A stretch of 64,000 nucleotides of DNA. It comes from Candidatus Sysuimicrobiota bacterium (GTDB taxonomy: Bacteria > Sysuimicrobiota > Sysuimicrobiia > Sysuimicrobiales > Sysuimicrobiaceae). Where the stretch lies: positions 11,111 to 75,110 of the forward strand of contig PSLI01000004.1 in NCBI GenBank assembly GCA_040289515.1, given 5' to 3'. The notes below the pieces were generated by a model. The model did not search any database, was not told the origin of the DNA, and saw only the letters and a program-made list of their open reading frames with translations. Shown here one piece after another: positions 36,668 to 49,082 of this stretch. The first letter of the stretch is position 1. The number at the start of each line of letters is the position of its first letter. Position numbers and translations under genes: made by a program.

Positions 36668-37498
36668 ATGATTCTCACGGGATCGAGAAGGCGGGCGGGG
36701 ACTCTGGTAGTCCTGCTGCTGGGGGCGGGCGTTCTGCTGACGCTGCAGCTGCGTACCCCGGACCGCCGGGCTCTGGGGCCGGTGGGCCGTGCGGTGCTGT
36801 CGGTGATCCTGCCCGCACAGGTTTCCCTGACCCGGGCCACGGACGCCGTGGCCCGCTCCTGGCGCGCGCTCAACGAGATCGGGCAGCTGCGGGCGGAGAA
36901 CGCCCGGCTGCGGGCGGAGGCAGAGCGGCTGCGTCGGGAGGTGGCGCAGCTGCAGGAGGTTTCGGCGGAGGCAGAGCGGCTGCGGCGGCTGGTGGGATTC
37001 CGTCCGCCGCCCTCCTACGCCACGGTGGCCGCGCGGGTGGTCACGCGCGACCCGAGCCGCTGGTACACCACCCTCACCGTGGACCGCGGCAGCCGTGACG
37101 GGCTTTCCCGCGACGATCCCGTGGTGACCGCGGACGGCCTGGTGGGCCGGGTGTTCGAGGTGTACCCCACTGCTGCGCGGGTACTGCTGGTGACCGACCC
37201 GCGCAGCGCCGTGGGGGTGCTTGTCCAGAGCACCCGGGAGGCCGGGGTGGTGGAGGGTACCGCAACGGAGTGGCTGCGGCTGCGCTACCTGTCCCGGTCC
37301 GCCCCCCTTCGGGAGGGGGACCTGCTGGTGACCTCTGGCCTGGGCGGGGTGTTCCCCAGGGGGATCCGGGTCGGGGTCGTGCGCACGGTGGTCCGCACCG
37401 CGGGCGCGCTGTTCCAGGAAGCGGAGGTGGAGCCCGCCACGGACCTGTCGCGCCTCGAAGAGGTGTTGGTGATGGTGCGGGGCGCGGGCTCCAGGTAG
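36668..37498 (+). CDS. mreC: Rod shape-determining protein MreC
   Basis: N-terminal TM, coiled coil, DGLVGRV beta-domain. Confidence 0.85.
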   Translation: MILTGSRRRAGTLVVLLLGAGVLLTLQLRTPDRRALGPVGRAVLSVILPAQVSLTRATDAVARSWRALNEIGQLRAENARLRAEAERLRREVAQLQEVSAEAERLRRLVGFRPPPSYATVAARVVTRDPSRWYTTLTVDRGSRDGLSRDDPVVTADGLVGRVFEVYPTAARVLLVTDPRSAVGVLVQSTREAGVVEGTATEWLRLRYLSRSAPLREGDLLVTSGLGGVFPRGIRVGVVRTVVRTAGALFQEAEVEPATDLSRLEEVLVMVRGAGSR

Positions 37499-37500
37499 CC

Positions 37501-38049
37501 GTGGGGACGGGTCGTTTGTGGAACCTGTTGGCCCGCCTGCTGGCGTGCGCGGGATTGTTGCTGCTGGCGGTGGTGGTGGAGGGTGCCTGGGGGTGGAGGA
37601 TGAATTTCGCTGGCGGCGCTCTCGAACCGGTGGTCGTGGTGGTGCTGGCAGTGGGGGTTCGCACGGTGCCCGAGCTGGCAGCGCTTGTAGGCTTGGCCGC
37701 CGGTTTGTTGCAGGACTTGGCCGGGGGCCACGCGTTGGGGCTTGCGGGGATCTCGAAGCTGCTGTTGGGCTTCTGGGCCAGCACCGCTGCGCGGACGGTA
37801 GCGCTGGACAGTCCGTGGGCTTCCTCGGCCCTTGCGGCGGCGGGCACGGCGGGATCACGTGCGGTGGAGGCGGCCCTGCGTTGGCTGGCGGGTGAGCCCG
37901 CACCAGCCCTACTGCCCTGGGCAGGCGGAGTGGCGGTGAGCTCGTGCTATAATGCGTTGGTTGCGCCCCTGGTGTTCGCCGGCTTCCAAACGGTGAAACG
38001 GTGGCCGCGGCGCATGCGGCGGGCGGCACCCTCCCGGCTAGCCTCGTAG
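37501..38049 (+). CDS. mreD: Rod shape-determining protein MreD
   Basis: Polytopic small membrane protein directly after mreC. GTG start, approximate. Confidence 0.65.
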   Translation: MGTGRLWNLLARLLACAGLLLLAVVVEGAWGWRMNFAGGALEPVVVVVLAVGVRTVPELAALVGLAAGLLQDLAGGHALGLAGISKLLLGFWASTAARTVALDSPWASSALAAAGTAGSRAVEAALRWLAGEPAPALLPWAGGVAVSSCYNALVAPLVFAGFQTVKRWPRRMRRAAPSRLAS

Positions 38050-38092
38050 CCTCCGGGGACCGCCCGGGTGACTTTTGGGGCGCCGGGCTCGC

Positions 38093-39874
38093 ATGGAACC
38101 ATCGAAGTCGGTTGACCTCACCACGCGGCTGGCATCCCTGGGCGTGGGCCTCACCGTGGCGCTGGCAGCCCTTGGGCTGCGCCTGTGGCAGCTGCAGATC
38201 CTCCAGGCTGACTACTACGCGCAGCTGGCGGACGTCAACCGCCTGCGGGTGCACCGCCTGCCTTCCCCGCGGGGGCTGATCCTGGACCGCCGCGGCACCC
38301 CGTTGGTGACCAACCGGCCAGCCTTCTCCGTTTGGGTGGTGCCCGCGGAGGTTGTGGACCCGGGCCGGGTGCTACCCCAGCTGGCGCGCGTGGTGGGCGT
38401 CCCGGAAGACGACCTTTGGGCCCGGTGGGAGCGCAGCCGGCGTCGTCCCTTCGAGCCCATGCGGGTCCGCCGCGACGTGGGGATCCGGGTGGTCACGGCG
38501 CTAGAGGAGCGGCGGCAGAGTCTGCCTGGCGTGCAGGTGGAAGCGGAGCCGGTGCGGGTGTACCCCTTTGGACCTGCAGCCGCCCACGTCCTGGGTTATC
38601 TGGGGGAGGTGAGCCCCGAGGAGTTGGAGGCGTTGCGGCCCCGGGGCTACCGGGCGGGCGACCTCATCGGGAAGGCGGGTGTTGAACGCGCGTACGACGA
38701 GGTGCTCCGGGGGAGCGATGGCGAGCACGCGGTGGAGGTGGACGCCGCGGGCCGGCCGCTGCGCGTGCTGAGGGAGCAGCCCGGTCAGCCCGGGCACACC
38801 CTGGTGCTGGCCTTGGACCGGGAGCTGCAGGAGGAGGCCGCCCGACAGCTGCAGGGCCGTTCGGGTGCCGTGGTGGCCATGGATCCCTGGACCGGGGAGG
38901 TCCTGGCCATGGCCAGCAGCCCCTCCTTCGATCCCAACCTGTTCTCCGTGGGTATCTCGGAGCAGGACTGGCAGCGGTTGTCCGCGGACCGCCGCAACCC
39001 CCTGCTGAACCGGGCCACGGCCAGCGCTTACGAGCCCGGGTCGGTGTTCAAGGTGGTCACGGGCCTCGCGGCCCTCCAGGAAGGGCGCGCGGCCTCAAGC
39101 TCCCGGTTCTTGTGTAAGGGATCCTTGCAGCTGGGCCGGTGGGTGTTCCGGGATCTGGTGGCGCACGGGGTTGTGGACTTCACCACGGGGGTGGCTCAGT
39201 CATGCAACGTCATGTTCTGGACGCTGGGCTTGGCCCTGGGTCCGGACCTGCTGGCGGAGTACGCGCAACGCCTGGGCTTCGGCAGCCCCACGGGGGTAGA
39301 CCTGCCCCTGGAGGTGCCGGGCATGATCCCGGACCCTGCCTATAAGCAGCGGACCTGGCAAGAGCCGTGGTACCCCGGGGACACGCTCAATATGGCGATT
39401 GGGCAGGGCTTCGTGCTGGTCACCCCTCTCCAGGTGGCCAGGGCTATGAGTGCGGTGGCAAACGGCGGGATTCTGCTGCGGCCGCGCCTGGTCCGGGCGG
39501 TGGTGTCCCCGGAAGGGCACGTGGTGCGGACCTTTTCGCCGGAAGCGCAGGCGCGCCTGCCGGTGTCCGACCAGGCTCTGGCAGCCCTCCGGAGGGGGCT
39601 TGTGGCGGTGGTGGACCGCGGCACGGGACAGGCTGCCAGGGTGGAAGGACTGCAGGTGGCCGGCAAGACCGGCAGCGCGGAGACCGCCAGGGGACGTCCG
39701 CACGCGTGGTTTGCTGGTTACGCGCCCGCCAGTCAGCCGCGCATCGTGGTGGTGGTTCTGGTGGAGCATGGATACCGGGGAGGCGTCAGCGCCGCACCCA
39801 TCGCGCGAGCCATCCTGGAACGCTGGTGGACCGGGCTGCGATCGGCCCGGGGGGGAAATCTGTGGGCCCGGTGA
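38093..39874 (+). CDS. mrdA: Penicillin-binding protein 2 (elongasome transpeptidase)
   Basis: PRGLILDRRG, SVFK and KTGSAE motifs. An alternative TTG start at 38075 is possible. Confidence 0.85.
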   Translation: MEPSKSVDLTTRLASLGVGLTVALAALGLRLWQLQILQADYYAQLADVNRLRVHRLPSPRGLILDRRGTPLVTNRPAFSVWVVPAEVVDPGRVLPQLARVVGVPEDDLWARWERSRRRPFEPMRVRRDVGIRVVTALEERRQSLPGVQVEAEPVRVYPFGPAAAHVLGYLGEVSPEELEALRPRGYRAGDLIGKAGVERAYDEVLRGSDGEHAVEVDAAGRPLRVLREQPGQPGHTLVLALDRELQEEAARQLQGRSGAVVAMDPWTGEVLAMASSPSFDPNLFSVGISEQDWQRLSADRRNPLLNRATASAYEPGSVFKVVTGLAALQEGRAASSSRFLCKGSLQLGRWVFRDLVAHGVVDFTTGVAQSCNVMFWTLGLALGPDLLAEYAQRLGFGSPTGVDLPLEVPGMIPDPAYKQRTWQEPWYPGDTLNMAIGQGFVLVTPLQVARAMSAVANGGILLRPRLVRAVVSPEGHVVRTFSPEAQARLPVSDQALAALRRGLVAVVDRGTGQAARVEGLQVAGKTGSAETARGRPHAWFAGYAPASQPRIVVVVLVEHGYRGGVSAAPIARAILERWWTGLRSARGGNLWAR

Positions 39875-40989
39875 GAGCCTCGGTCAGGGAACCCTCCCGC
39901 CCGGGCGCCCTCCGCCACGTGGACTGGGTGCTGGTCGCCTGCACCCTGACCCTGGTAGCCATCGGTACCGTGGCGGTGGCCAGCGCCAGCAGCACCCCTG
40001 AGCAACCCCTTGGGCTGCTGCGGCCGCGGCTGGTTCACACGGCGGTGGGGCTGGCAGTTCTGGCGGGGTTTGCAGCGCTCCCCTACCGGACTCTGGGGGA
40101 GGTGTGGAAGTTCGCCTACGGCTCGAGTCTCGTGCTGTTGGTGGCGACGGACGTGGTGGGCCGGACAGCCCTGGGCGCCCAGCGGTGGCTGCACGTGGGC
40201 CCGGTGAGCCTGCAGCCCTCGGAGGTAGCGAAGCTGGGGCTCATCGTGGCACTGGCGTGGTCCCTGAGCCGGCGCAAAGAGCCGCCGACGCGGGCGGTGG
40301 ACCTGGTTCCGTGCCTGGCCCTTGCGGGCCCCATGGTGGCCCTGGTGTTCCTGCAGCCCGACCTGGGTAGCGCCATGAGCTTCGTGGCCGTGGCCGCGGG
40401 CATGTTGTGGGCGGCGGGCGTGCCCGCACGGCTGATGGGCGCCGTTGCCCTGGGGGGGTTGCTGGCCGCGCCTTTGGCTTGGCCCCTGCTGAAGCCCTAC
40501 CAGCGAACCCGCCTGCTGGCCTTCCTCGACCCCGGCGTGGATCCCCTCGGCGCAGGCTACAACCTCATCCAGTCCAAGATCGCCATCGGCTCGGGCGGCC
40601 TGTGGGGAAAGGGTCTGTTCGCGGGCACCCAGAACACCCTGCAGTTCCTGCCCATGCAGCACACAGACTTCGTGTTCTCCGTGATCGGGGAGGAGCTGGG
40701 GTTCGTGGGCACAATAGGGGTGTTGGTGCTGTTCTGGGTGTGGTTGCTGCGGGTGCTGCGGGTGGCGGCCTCCACCCGGGACGCCTTCGGCAGCTACCTG
40801 TGTGTGGGTGTGGCGAACCTTGTGGCGTTCCACGTGCTGGTGAACGTGGGGATGACGGTGGGCTTGGCCCCTGCCACGGGAATCCCCCTCCCCTTCGTGT
40901 CCTATGGGGGCACCGCCCTGGTGACCCAACTGGCCGCGGTGGGGATGGTCCTCAGTGTGGCCCTCCGCAGGCCCAAGATCCGCTTCTAA
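39862..40989 (+). CDS. rodA: Peptidoglycan glycosyltransferase RodA (SEDS family)
   Basis: SEDS motifs LQPSEVAKL, QTDFVFSVIGEELG, PFVSYGG. GTG overlaps the mrdA 3' end. Start approximate. Confidence 0.85.
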   Translation: MGPVRASVREPSRPGALRHVDWVLVACTLTLVAIGTVAVASASSTPEQPLGLLRPRLVHTAVGLAVLAGFAALPYRTLGEVWKFAYGSSLVLLVATDVVGRTALGAQRWLHVGPVSLQPSEVAKLGLIVALAWSLSRRKEPPTRAVDLVPCLALAGPMVALVFLQPDLGSAMSFVAVAAGMLWAAGVPARLMGAVALGGLLAAPLAWPLLKPYQRTRLLAFLDPGVDPLGAGYNLIQSKIAIGSGGLWGKGLFAGTQNTLQFLPMQHTDFVFSVIGEELGFVGTIGVLVLFWVWLLRVLRVAASTRDAFGSYLCVGVANLVAFHVLVNVGMTVGLAPATGIPLPFVSYGGTALVTQLAAVGMVLSVALRRPKIRF

Positions 40990-41002
40990 GCTCGGAGGAG
41001 GT

Positions 41003-42661
41003 ATGCGACGGCTCATCGTGGCGAACGTGGAACCTTTCGAGACCCGGGTGGCGGTGTTCGAGGACGGGCAAGTAGTGAACCTGTTCGTGGAGCGGGGCGA
41101 GCCCCTGGCGGGCAACGTATACAAGGCCCGGGTGGCCAACGTACTGCAGGGGATGGATGCCGCCTTCGTGGACATCGGCCTGGAGCGCAACGCCTTTTTG
41201 CAGGTGGGCGACGTGCGCAGCCAGCGCATCGGGGGTGAGGAGCTGGAGGATGCGATCGGGCGGGGCGCCATCCAGCAACGGCTGCGGGTGGGCCAGGAGA
41301 TCCTTGTGCAGGTCACCAAGGAGCCCATGGGCAGCAAGGGGGCCCGGGTGACGACCTACATCGCCATCCCGGCCCACTACCTGGTCCTCATGCCCACCGT
41401 CCCGTACGTGGGGGTGTCCCGCAAGATCGAGAGTGAGGGCGAGCGGCGCCGACTCCGGGAGTTGGCCCAGCGGCTGCGGCCGCAGGGGATGGGGCTGATC
41501 GTGCGCACGGCCGCACAGGGCGCCACGGAGAAGGACCTGCAGGACGACCTGCGCTACCTGCTCAGCGTGTGGAACCGGGTGCTGGAGCGGGCGCGCACGA
41601 GCCGGGCACCTGCCCTCCTGTACCAGGACCTGCGCCTGCTCCGCCGCGTGGCCCGCGACCTGTTTACGGGGGAGGTGGAACGGTTCGTGGTGGACTCCCC
41701 GCGGGAGTACGAGCGGCTGGTGGACCTGGTGGGATCCTACGCGCCCCACCTGCGGGACCGCCTGGAGCTGTACCGGGGCAGCGAGCCCATCTTCGAGCAC
41801 TACGGGGTGGAACGGGAGATCGAGACGGCCCTGCGGCGCAAGGTGTGGCTGCCCTCGGGGGGAACCCTGGTGGTGGACCGTACGGAAGCCCTCACGGTGA
41901 TCGACGTGAACACGGGCCGCTACGTGGGAAAACAGGACCTGGCCACCACCATCCTGCACACCAACCTGGAGGCCGTGCGGGAAGTGGTGCGGCAGATCCG
42001 GCTGCGGGACATCGGCGGCATCATCCTGGTGGACTTCATCGACATGGACAACGAGAAGCACCGCCAGCAAGTCTTCCGGGCTCTGCAGGAGGCGGTGCGG
42101 CAGGATCGCTCCAAGACCCACGTGATGGACCTGACACAGCTGGGACTGGTGGAGATCACCCGCAAGCGGGTGCACCAGGATCTGGAGGCGGTGCTGCGGA
42201 TGCCGTGCCCCTACTGCGACGGGCGGGGCCGCGTGCTGTCCCCGCAGACGGTGGCCAACCGCATCCGGCGGCAGCTGCGGGCCCTGTGCGCGGCCTGCCG
42301 GGATCCGGTCCTGGTGCTCCGGGTGCACCCCCTGGTGCACGCGGAGCTGCTACGGGACGGGGTGTGGCTGCGGAAGGTGGAAGAGCAGACGGGAAAGGCC
42401 ATCCGGGTGATCCCCAAGGAGGCGCTGCACGTGGAGCAGTTTGAGACCTCAGGCGCCGCCTGTCCGGAGGAGGCGGAGGTGGTGCCCGCGTCCTCCCAAC
42501 GGGCGTATCCGTGGGGTCCGGAGGAGGTGCTGGACGTGGCCGCGGAGCGGGACGAAGAGTTGGAGCGGGCGGAACCCCGCCGGCAGCCCGTGGGCTGGTG
42601 GGACCGCCTGCGCCGGTGGCTGGCGGAGCGACGGACGGCGCAGACGGGCCCGCGGCTATAA
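41003..42661 (+). CDS. rng: Ribonuclease E/G family (RNase G-like)
   Basis: S1 domain plus catalytic domain (DVNTGRYVG, IIVDFIDM). RBS GGAGGAGG. Confidence 0.85.
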   Translation: MRRLIVANVEPFETRVAVFEDGQVVNLFVERGEPLAGNVYKARVANVLQGMDAAFVDIGLERNAFLQVGDVRSQRIGGEELEDAIGRGAIQQRLRVGQEILVQVTKEPMGSKGARVTTYIAIPAHYLVLMPTVPYVGVSRKIESEGERRRLRELAQRLRPQGMGLIVRTAAQGATEKDLQDDLRYLLSVWNRVLERARTSRAPALLYQDLRLLRRVARDLFTGEVERFVVDSPREYERLVDLVGSYAPHLRDRLELYRGSEPIFEHYGVEREIETALRRKVWLPSGGTLVVDRTEALTVIDVNTGRYVGKQDLATTILHTNLEAVREVVRQIRLRDIGGIILVDFIDMDNEKHRQQVFRALQEAVRQDRSKTHVMDLTQLGLVEITRKRVHQDLEAVLRMPCPYCDGRGRVLSPQTVANRIRRQLRALCAACRDPVLVLRVHPLVHAELLRDGVWLRKVEEQTGKAIRVIPKEALHVEQFETSGAACPEEAEVVPASSQRAYPWGPEEVLDVAAERDEELERAEPRRQPVGWWDRLRRWLAERRTAQTGPRL

Positions 42662-42700
42662 TCGTGTCGGCCACGCAGCAACAGGTGGGAGGTCGGTGCG

Positions 42701-45375
<2,675 letters not shown>

Positions 45376-45379
<4 letters not shown>

Positions 45380-45801
45380 GGGGTCGGGTGCTGGCGGTGG
45401 ATTACGGGAGCCGCCGCATCGGTCTGGCCCTCAGCGACCCCACGGGGGTAGCCACCCAGATGCTGCCCGACGTGCGGCGGCACGGGGACGACCCGCGGGC
45501 CGCCCAGGAGGTGGCGGAGGTGGCGCACCGCTACGAGGTGCGGACCATCGTGGTGGGTTTGCCGCTGCGCCTGGACGGGACCGAGGGTCCTCAGGCCCAG
45601 GCGGCGCGTCGGTTTGCACGCCTTCTGGAGCGCACCGCCGCGCTGCCCGTGCGCCTGTGGGACGAGCGACTCACCTCGGTGCAGGCGGAGCGGATCCTCC
45701 TGGAAGGAGGACTCCGCCGCAAACGGCGCCGCCAGCTGCGGGATCGTCTGGCGGCCGCCCTGGTGCTGCGCAGCTTCCTCCAAGCACAACCGGACTCCTG
45801 A
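45376..45801 (+). CDS. ruvX: Putative pre-16S rRNA nuclease / Holliday-junction resolvase-like RuvX (YqgF)
   Basis: LAVDYGSRRIGLALSD motif. GTG overlaps the alaS stop as GTGA. Confidence 0.85.
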
Positions 45802-45936
45802 GACCCACCCCGCGCGGAGCAGACGAACGGACCCTCCGGGAGGTATCATAGCCATGAGCAACGGTCCGGGGTGCCGCGCGCCGCGGCCGCGACGGGTGGG
45901 CCTCCCGCTGTTGCCACACTCTGCGGAGGTGCGGAC

Positions 45937-46221
45937 GTGGGCCGGGCGGACGGCACGCAGCTGGATGTAATCACCGTGAGCGACGAGCAGGGGCACCAGC
46001 ACGAGTTCACGGTGCTGGAGTACGTGGAGGTGGAGGATCGGCGCTACGTGGTGGTGGTCCCCACAGACGCCCCGGAGGACGAGGCCGCGGTGGTCCTGCG
46101 GGTGGAGGGCGATACCCTGGTGAGCGTGGACGACGACGAGGAGTTCGAACAAGTGGTGGCCGCCCTGGAGGGTAGCGCCGACGACCTCGAGGGGGAGGAA
46201 GTAGAGGAGGACTCGCAGTAG
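45937..46221 (+). CDS. DUF1292-family acidic protein
   Basis: ITVSDEQGHQHEFTVLEYVEV...acidic tail. GTG 45937 is preferred (RBS GGAGGT) over the track's ATG 45871. Confidence 0.55.
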   Translation: MGRADGTQLDVITVSDEQGHQHEFTVLEYVEVEDRRYVVVVPTDAPEDEAAVVLRVEGDTLVSVDDDEEFEQVVAALEGSADDLEGEEVEEDSQ

Positions 46222-46250
46222 GGCTGCGGGGTTGGCATCTGGCACACCGG

Positions 46251-47210
46251 TTGGTGGCCGTTCTGGCCGCGGGAACTGCGGCTTTTGCTGTGCACGGGTG
46301 GAGTGCGCCTGTCTCCAGACAGCCGGTGGTGTTGGTGATCCCGCCCGGGGCGGACGCGTCCTCTGTGGCCGAACGGTTGCACCGGCACGGGCTGGTCCGC
46401 AGCCCCGCCGCCTTCCGGCTGCTGGCCCGCTGGCAGGGTCTCGATGGACGCATCCAGGCGGGTGAGTACCGCTTTTCCGGCGGGGAGAGTATGGGTGCGA
46501 TCCTCCGGCGGCTGGCTGCCGGCGACGTGATTCGGCACCGCCTTGTCCTTCCCGAGGGGCTGTCCGCGCGCGAGCTGGCCCGGCGCCTGCAAGAACAGAG
46601 AGTGGTGGAGGCAGAAGCCTTCCTTGCGGAGGTCCGGCGTGCCCACCGGTACTGGATTCCGCAGATGGAGGGCAACACCACCGGCAGCGTGGAAGGGTAC
46701 CTGTTTCCCGACACGTACGAGTTTCCCCGGGGCTACTCCGCGGACCGGGTGGTGGCGGCCATGGTGGCTCGCTTCCATGAGGCCACCGCACCCCTGTGGT
46801 CGCTGGCCCGGCCGTTCGGGCTTTCACCTCACCAGGTGGTGACCTTGGCCTCCCTGGTGGAGCGGGAGGCCCGGCACGACGGGGAGCGGGCTCGGATCGC
46901 GGGCGTCCTGTACAACCGACTGCGCCTGGGTATGCCGCTGCAGGTGGACGCCACGGTCCTGTACGCCCTCGGCCAGCACAAGGAACGCGTGCTGTACAGG
47001 GACCTGGAGGTGGACTCCCCGTACAACACGTACCGCAGGGTGGGTCTGCCCCCCGGGCCCATCGCCAACCCTGGTCTGGCAAGCCTACTGGCGGCGTTGC
47101 AGCCTGAGGCACACGACTACCTGTACTACGTGGCCCGTCCGGATGGCACCCACGTGTTCAGCCGCAGCCTGGCGGAGCACGAGCGTGCCCGCAAGGCCCT
47201 GCAGAAGTAG
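46251..47210 (+). CDS. mltG: Endolytic murein transglycosylase MltG (YceG)
   Basis: YceG-like motifs EGYLFPDTYEF, ASLVEREA and the C-terminal catalytic region. Confidence 0.85.
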   Translation: MVAVLAAGTAAFAVHGWSAPVSRQPVVLVIPPGADASSVAERLHRHGLVRSPAAFRLLARWQGLDGRIQAGEYRFSGGESMGAILRRLAAGDVIRHRLVLPEGLSARELARRLQEQRVVEAEAFLAEVRRAHRYWIPQMEGNTTGSVEGYLFPDTYEFPRGYSADRVVAAMVARFHEATAPLWSLARPFGLSPHQVVTLASLVEREARHDGERARIAGVLYNRLRLGMPLQVDATVLYALGQHKERVLYRDLEVDSPYNTYRRVGLPPGPIANPGLASLLAALQPEAHDYLYYVARPDGTHVFSRSLAEHERARKALQK

Positions 47211-47212
47211 GG

Positions 47213-47740
47213 ATGCGGCCGGGCGAGGGTTGGATCCCTCACTTGGCGGTGCTCCGTGTAAGCCACGTCCCCCTGGAGCTGCTGCTTCGGCGGGGGATTC
47301 GGGGCGTGGTGTTCGACCTGGACAACACCCTGGTCCCGTACGGCTCCTGCCACGTCCCGGAGGACGTGCACGAGTGGCTGGAGCGCTTCCGGGCCTGCGG
47401 CCTGCGGGGAGCCGTGGTGTCCAACGCCCTGCCCTGGAGGGTGCGGGGGCTTGCGCAACGCCTGGGCTGGCCTGCGGTGGCGGGCTGGCCCAAGCCCAGT
47501 CCGGCGCGGCTGCGCAGGGCCATGACCGTACTGGGCACCACGCCCGGGACCACCGCCCTCGTAGGCGACCAGCTGTTTACGGACATCTGGCCCGGGAACC
47601 GGTTGGGGCTGTTCACCATCCTGGTGGAGCCCCTGGACCGGCGGGAGTTCCCTACCACCCGCATCAGCCGCTGGCTGGAGGGCCTCGCCGGGCGCGACAG
47701 GATGGCCGAGCAGGGCAGGACTCCGGCGGGGACGGGTTGA
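47213..47740 (+). CDS. YqeG-family HAD-IIIA phosphatase
   Basis: VVFDLDNTLVPY and GDQLFTDI motifs. Confidence 0.7.
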   Translation: MRPGEGWIPHLAVLRVSHVPLELLLRRGIRGVVFDLDNTLVPYGSCHVPEDVHEWLERFRACGLRGAVVSNALPWRVRGLAQRLGWPAVAGWPKPSPARLRRAMTVLGTTPGTTALVGDQLFTDIWPGNRLGLFTILVEPLDRREFPTTRISRWLEGLAGRDRMAEQGRTPAGTG

Positions 47741-47759
47741 AGCACAGCCAGAGCCGGCC

Positions 47760-48131
47760 ATGGCGCTGCGGGACTTCCTGAAGGAGATCCTGGCCAGCGT
47801 GGAAGGGGCGCTGGGGGTGGCGGTCGTACGCCTGGACGGCGAGGTGGTGGACGCCCACACCCTGGACGGGGGTCTGCGGATCGAGAAGGTCGCTCCGGAC
47901 CTGGGGATTCTGGCCAAGGTGTCCGCGTACGCCGCCCGCAAGCTGAGCGCCGGCCCGGTGGACTACTCCGTGGTGTCGGCGGAAAAGTACGTGCTGCTTT
48001 TGTCCGCGGTGGAGGTGGACTACGCTCTCGTGATCGCCCTCCGGCAGGGTGGAAATCTTGGGAAGGCGCGCCTGCTGATGAAGAAGAACCTGGAACGGGT
48101 GGCCGCCCAGCTGCGCAGCCTCGGCTCGTGA
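47760..48131 (+). CDS. Roadblock/LC7-domain protein
   Basis: About 120 aa with a Roadblock/LC7 alpha-beta pattern. Confidence 0.55.
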   Translation: MALRDFLKEILASVEGALGVAVVRLDGEVVDAHTLDGGLRIEKVAPDLGILAKVSAYAARKLSAGPVDYSVVSAEKYVLLLSAVEVDYALVIALRQGGNLGKARLLMKKNLERVAAQLRSLGS

Positions 48132-49024
48132 CCGCTCGACTCTACGGGATCCCGGCGGCCGCGTGGGCTGTGCTGTGCTTTGTGGTGGGTGCCGCCTGGG
48201 CTTCAGGTCTGGCCGAAGGAGAGGCGCTGTTCATCCGCGGACGGTATCGGGAGGCCGCCGCGGCATTCCGCCAGGCGCTTTTGGCAAGGCCCCGCGACCC
48301 GTGGTTGTGGCTGTGGTACGGCGCCTCTTTGGTGCAGGCAGGGGACCTCCGGGGGGCTCTCCACGCCCTCCGGCCGGCCACGGGCTCCAGCGTGGAGGCG
48401 CACGCGTGGCTGTGGGCAGGTGCCGCGTACGAGGGCCTGGGGATGGACAGCCAGGCCCGAAACGCCTACCGGCGGGCATTGGCTCGCAGCCAGGACGCGG
48501 CCTCCGCGTACTGGGCCCGCCGGAAGCTGCGCGCTCTGACGGCAGAATCTGCCCCGGAGCTGCCGGCCACGGACCCCGGCACGTACGAGCGCCTGGCGGT
48601 GCGCTACAACCCGCGGCTTTCCGCCTGGGAGGCCCGCCGCATCGGGCGGGCACTGGTGGAGCTTGGGCGGCACTTCAACGTGGACCCGAGACTCACCGCT
48701 GCCCTGGTGGTGGTGGAGTCCGGGTTCGAGCCGCGTGCTGTCTCGCCTGCGGGCGCCCTGGGGCTGGGCCAGCTCATGCCCGAGGTGGCACGGGCCGTGG
48801 CGGTACGGGATCCCTTCTCCATCGAGGAGAACCTGTACGGTACCGTGCGGGTGCTGCGGGGACACCTGGACCGGTACGGTTACCACCGTGTGGATTTGGC
48901 CCTGGCCGCGTACAACGCGGGCTCCGGTGCCGTGCGCCGCCACGGCGGGGTTCCGCCCTTTGTTGAGACCCGCTGGTACGTGTTCCGCGTAAGCCGCCTG
49001 TATTTGCGCTTCCTGGGCCAGTAG
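48128..49024 (+). CDS. Lytic transglycosylase (SLT domain) with N-terminal TPR-like repeats
   Basis: ESGFEP...GLGQLMP...AYNAG SLT catalytic motifs. GTG overlaps the previous stop. Confidence 0.75.
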   Translation: MTARLYGIPAAAWAVLCFVVGAAWASGLAEGEALFIRGRYREAAAAFRQALLARPRDPWLWLWYGASLVQAGDLRGALHALRPATGSSVEAHAWLWAGAAYEGLGMDSQARNAYRRALARSQDAASAYWARRKLRALTAESAPELPATDPGTYERLAVRYNPRLSAWEARRIGRALVELGRHFNVDPRLTAALVVVESGFEPRAVSPAGALGLGQLMPEVARAVAVRDPFSIEENLYGTVRVLRGHLDRYGYHRVDLALAAYNAGSGAVRRHGGVPPFVETRWYVFRVSRLYLRFLGQ

Positions 49025-49082
49025 GTGGTGGCCCCGAACTTGCTCCCTAGCTGCCCGTGACGCCGCGAAAAGGGGGTGCAGT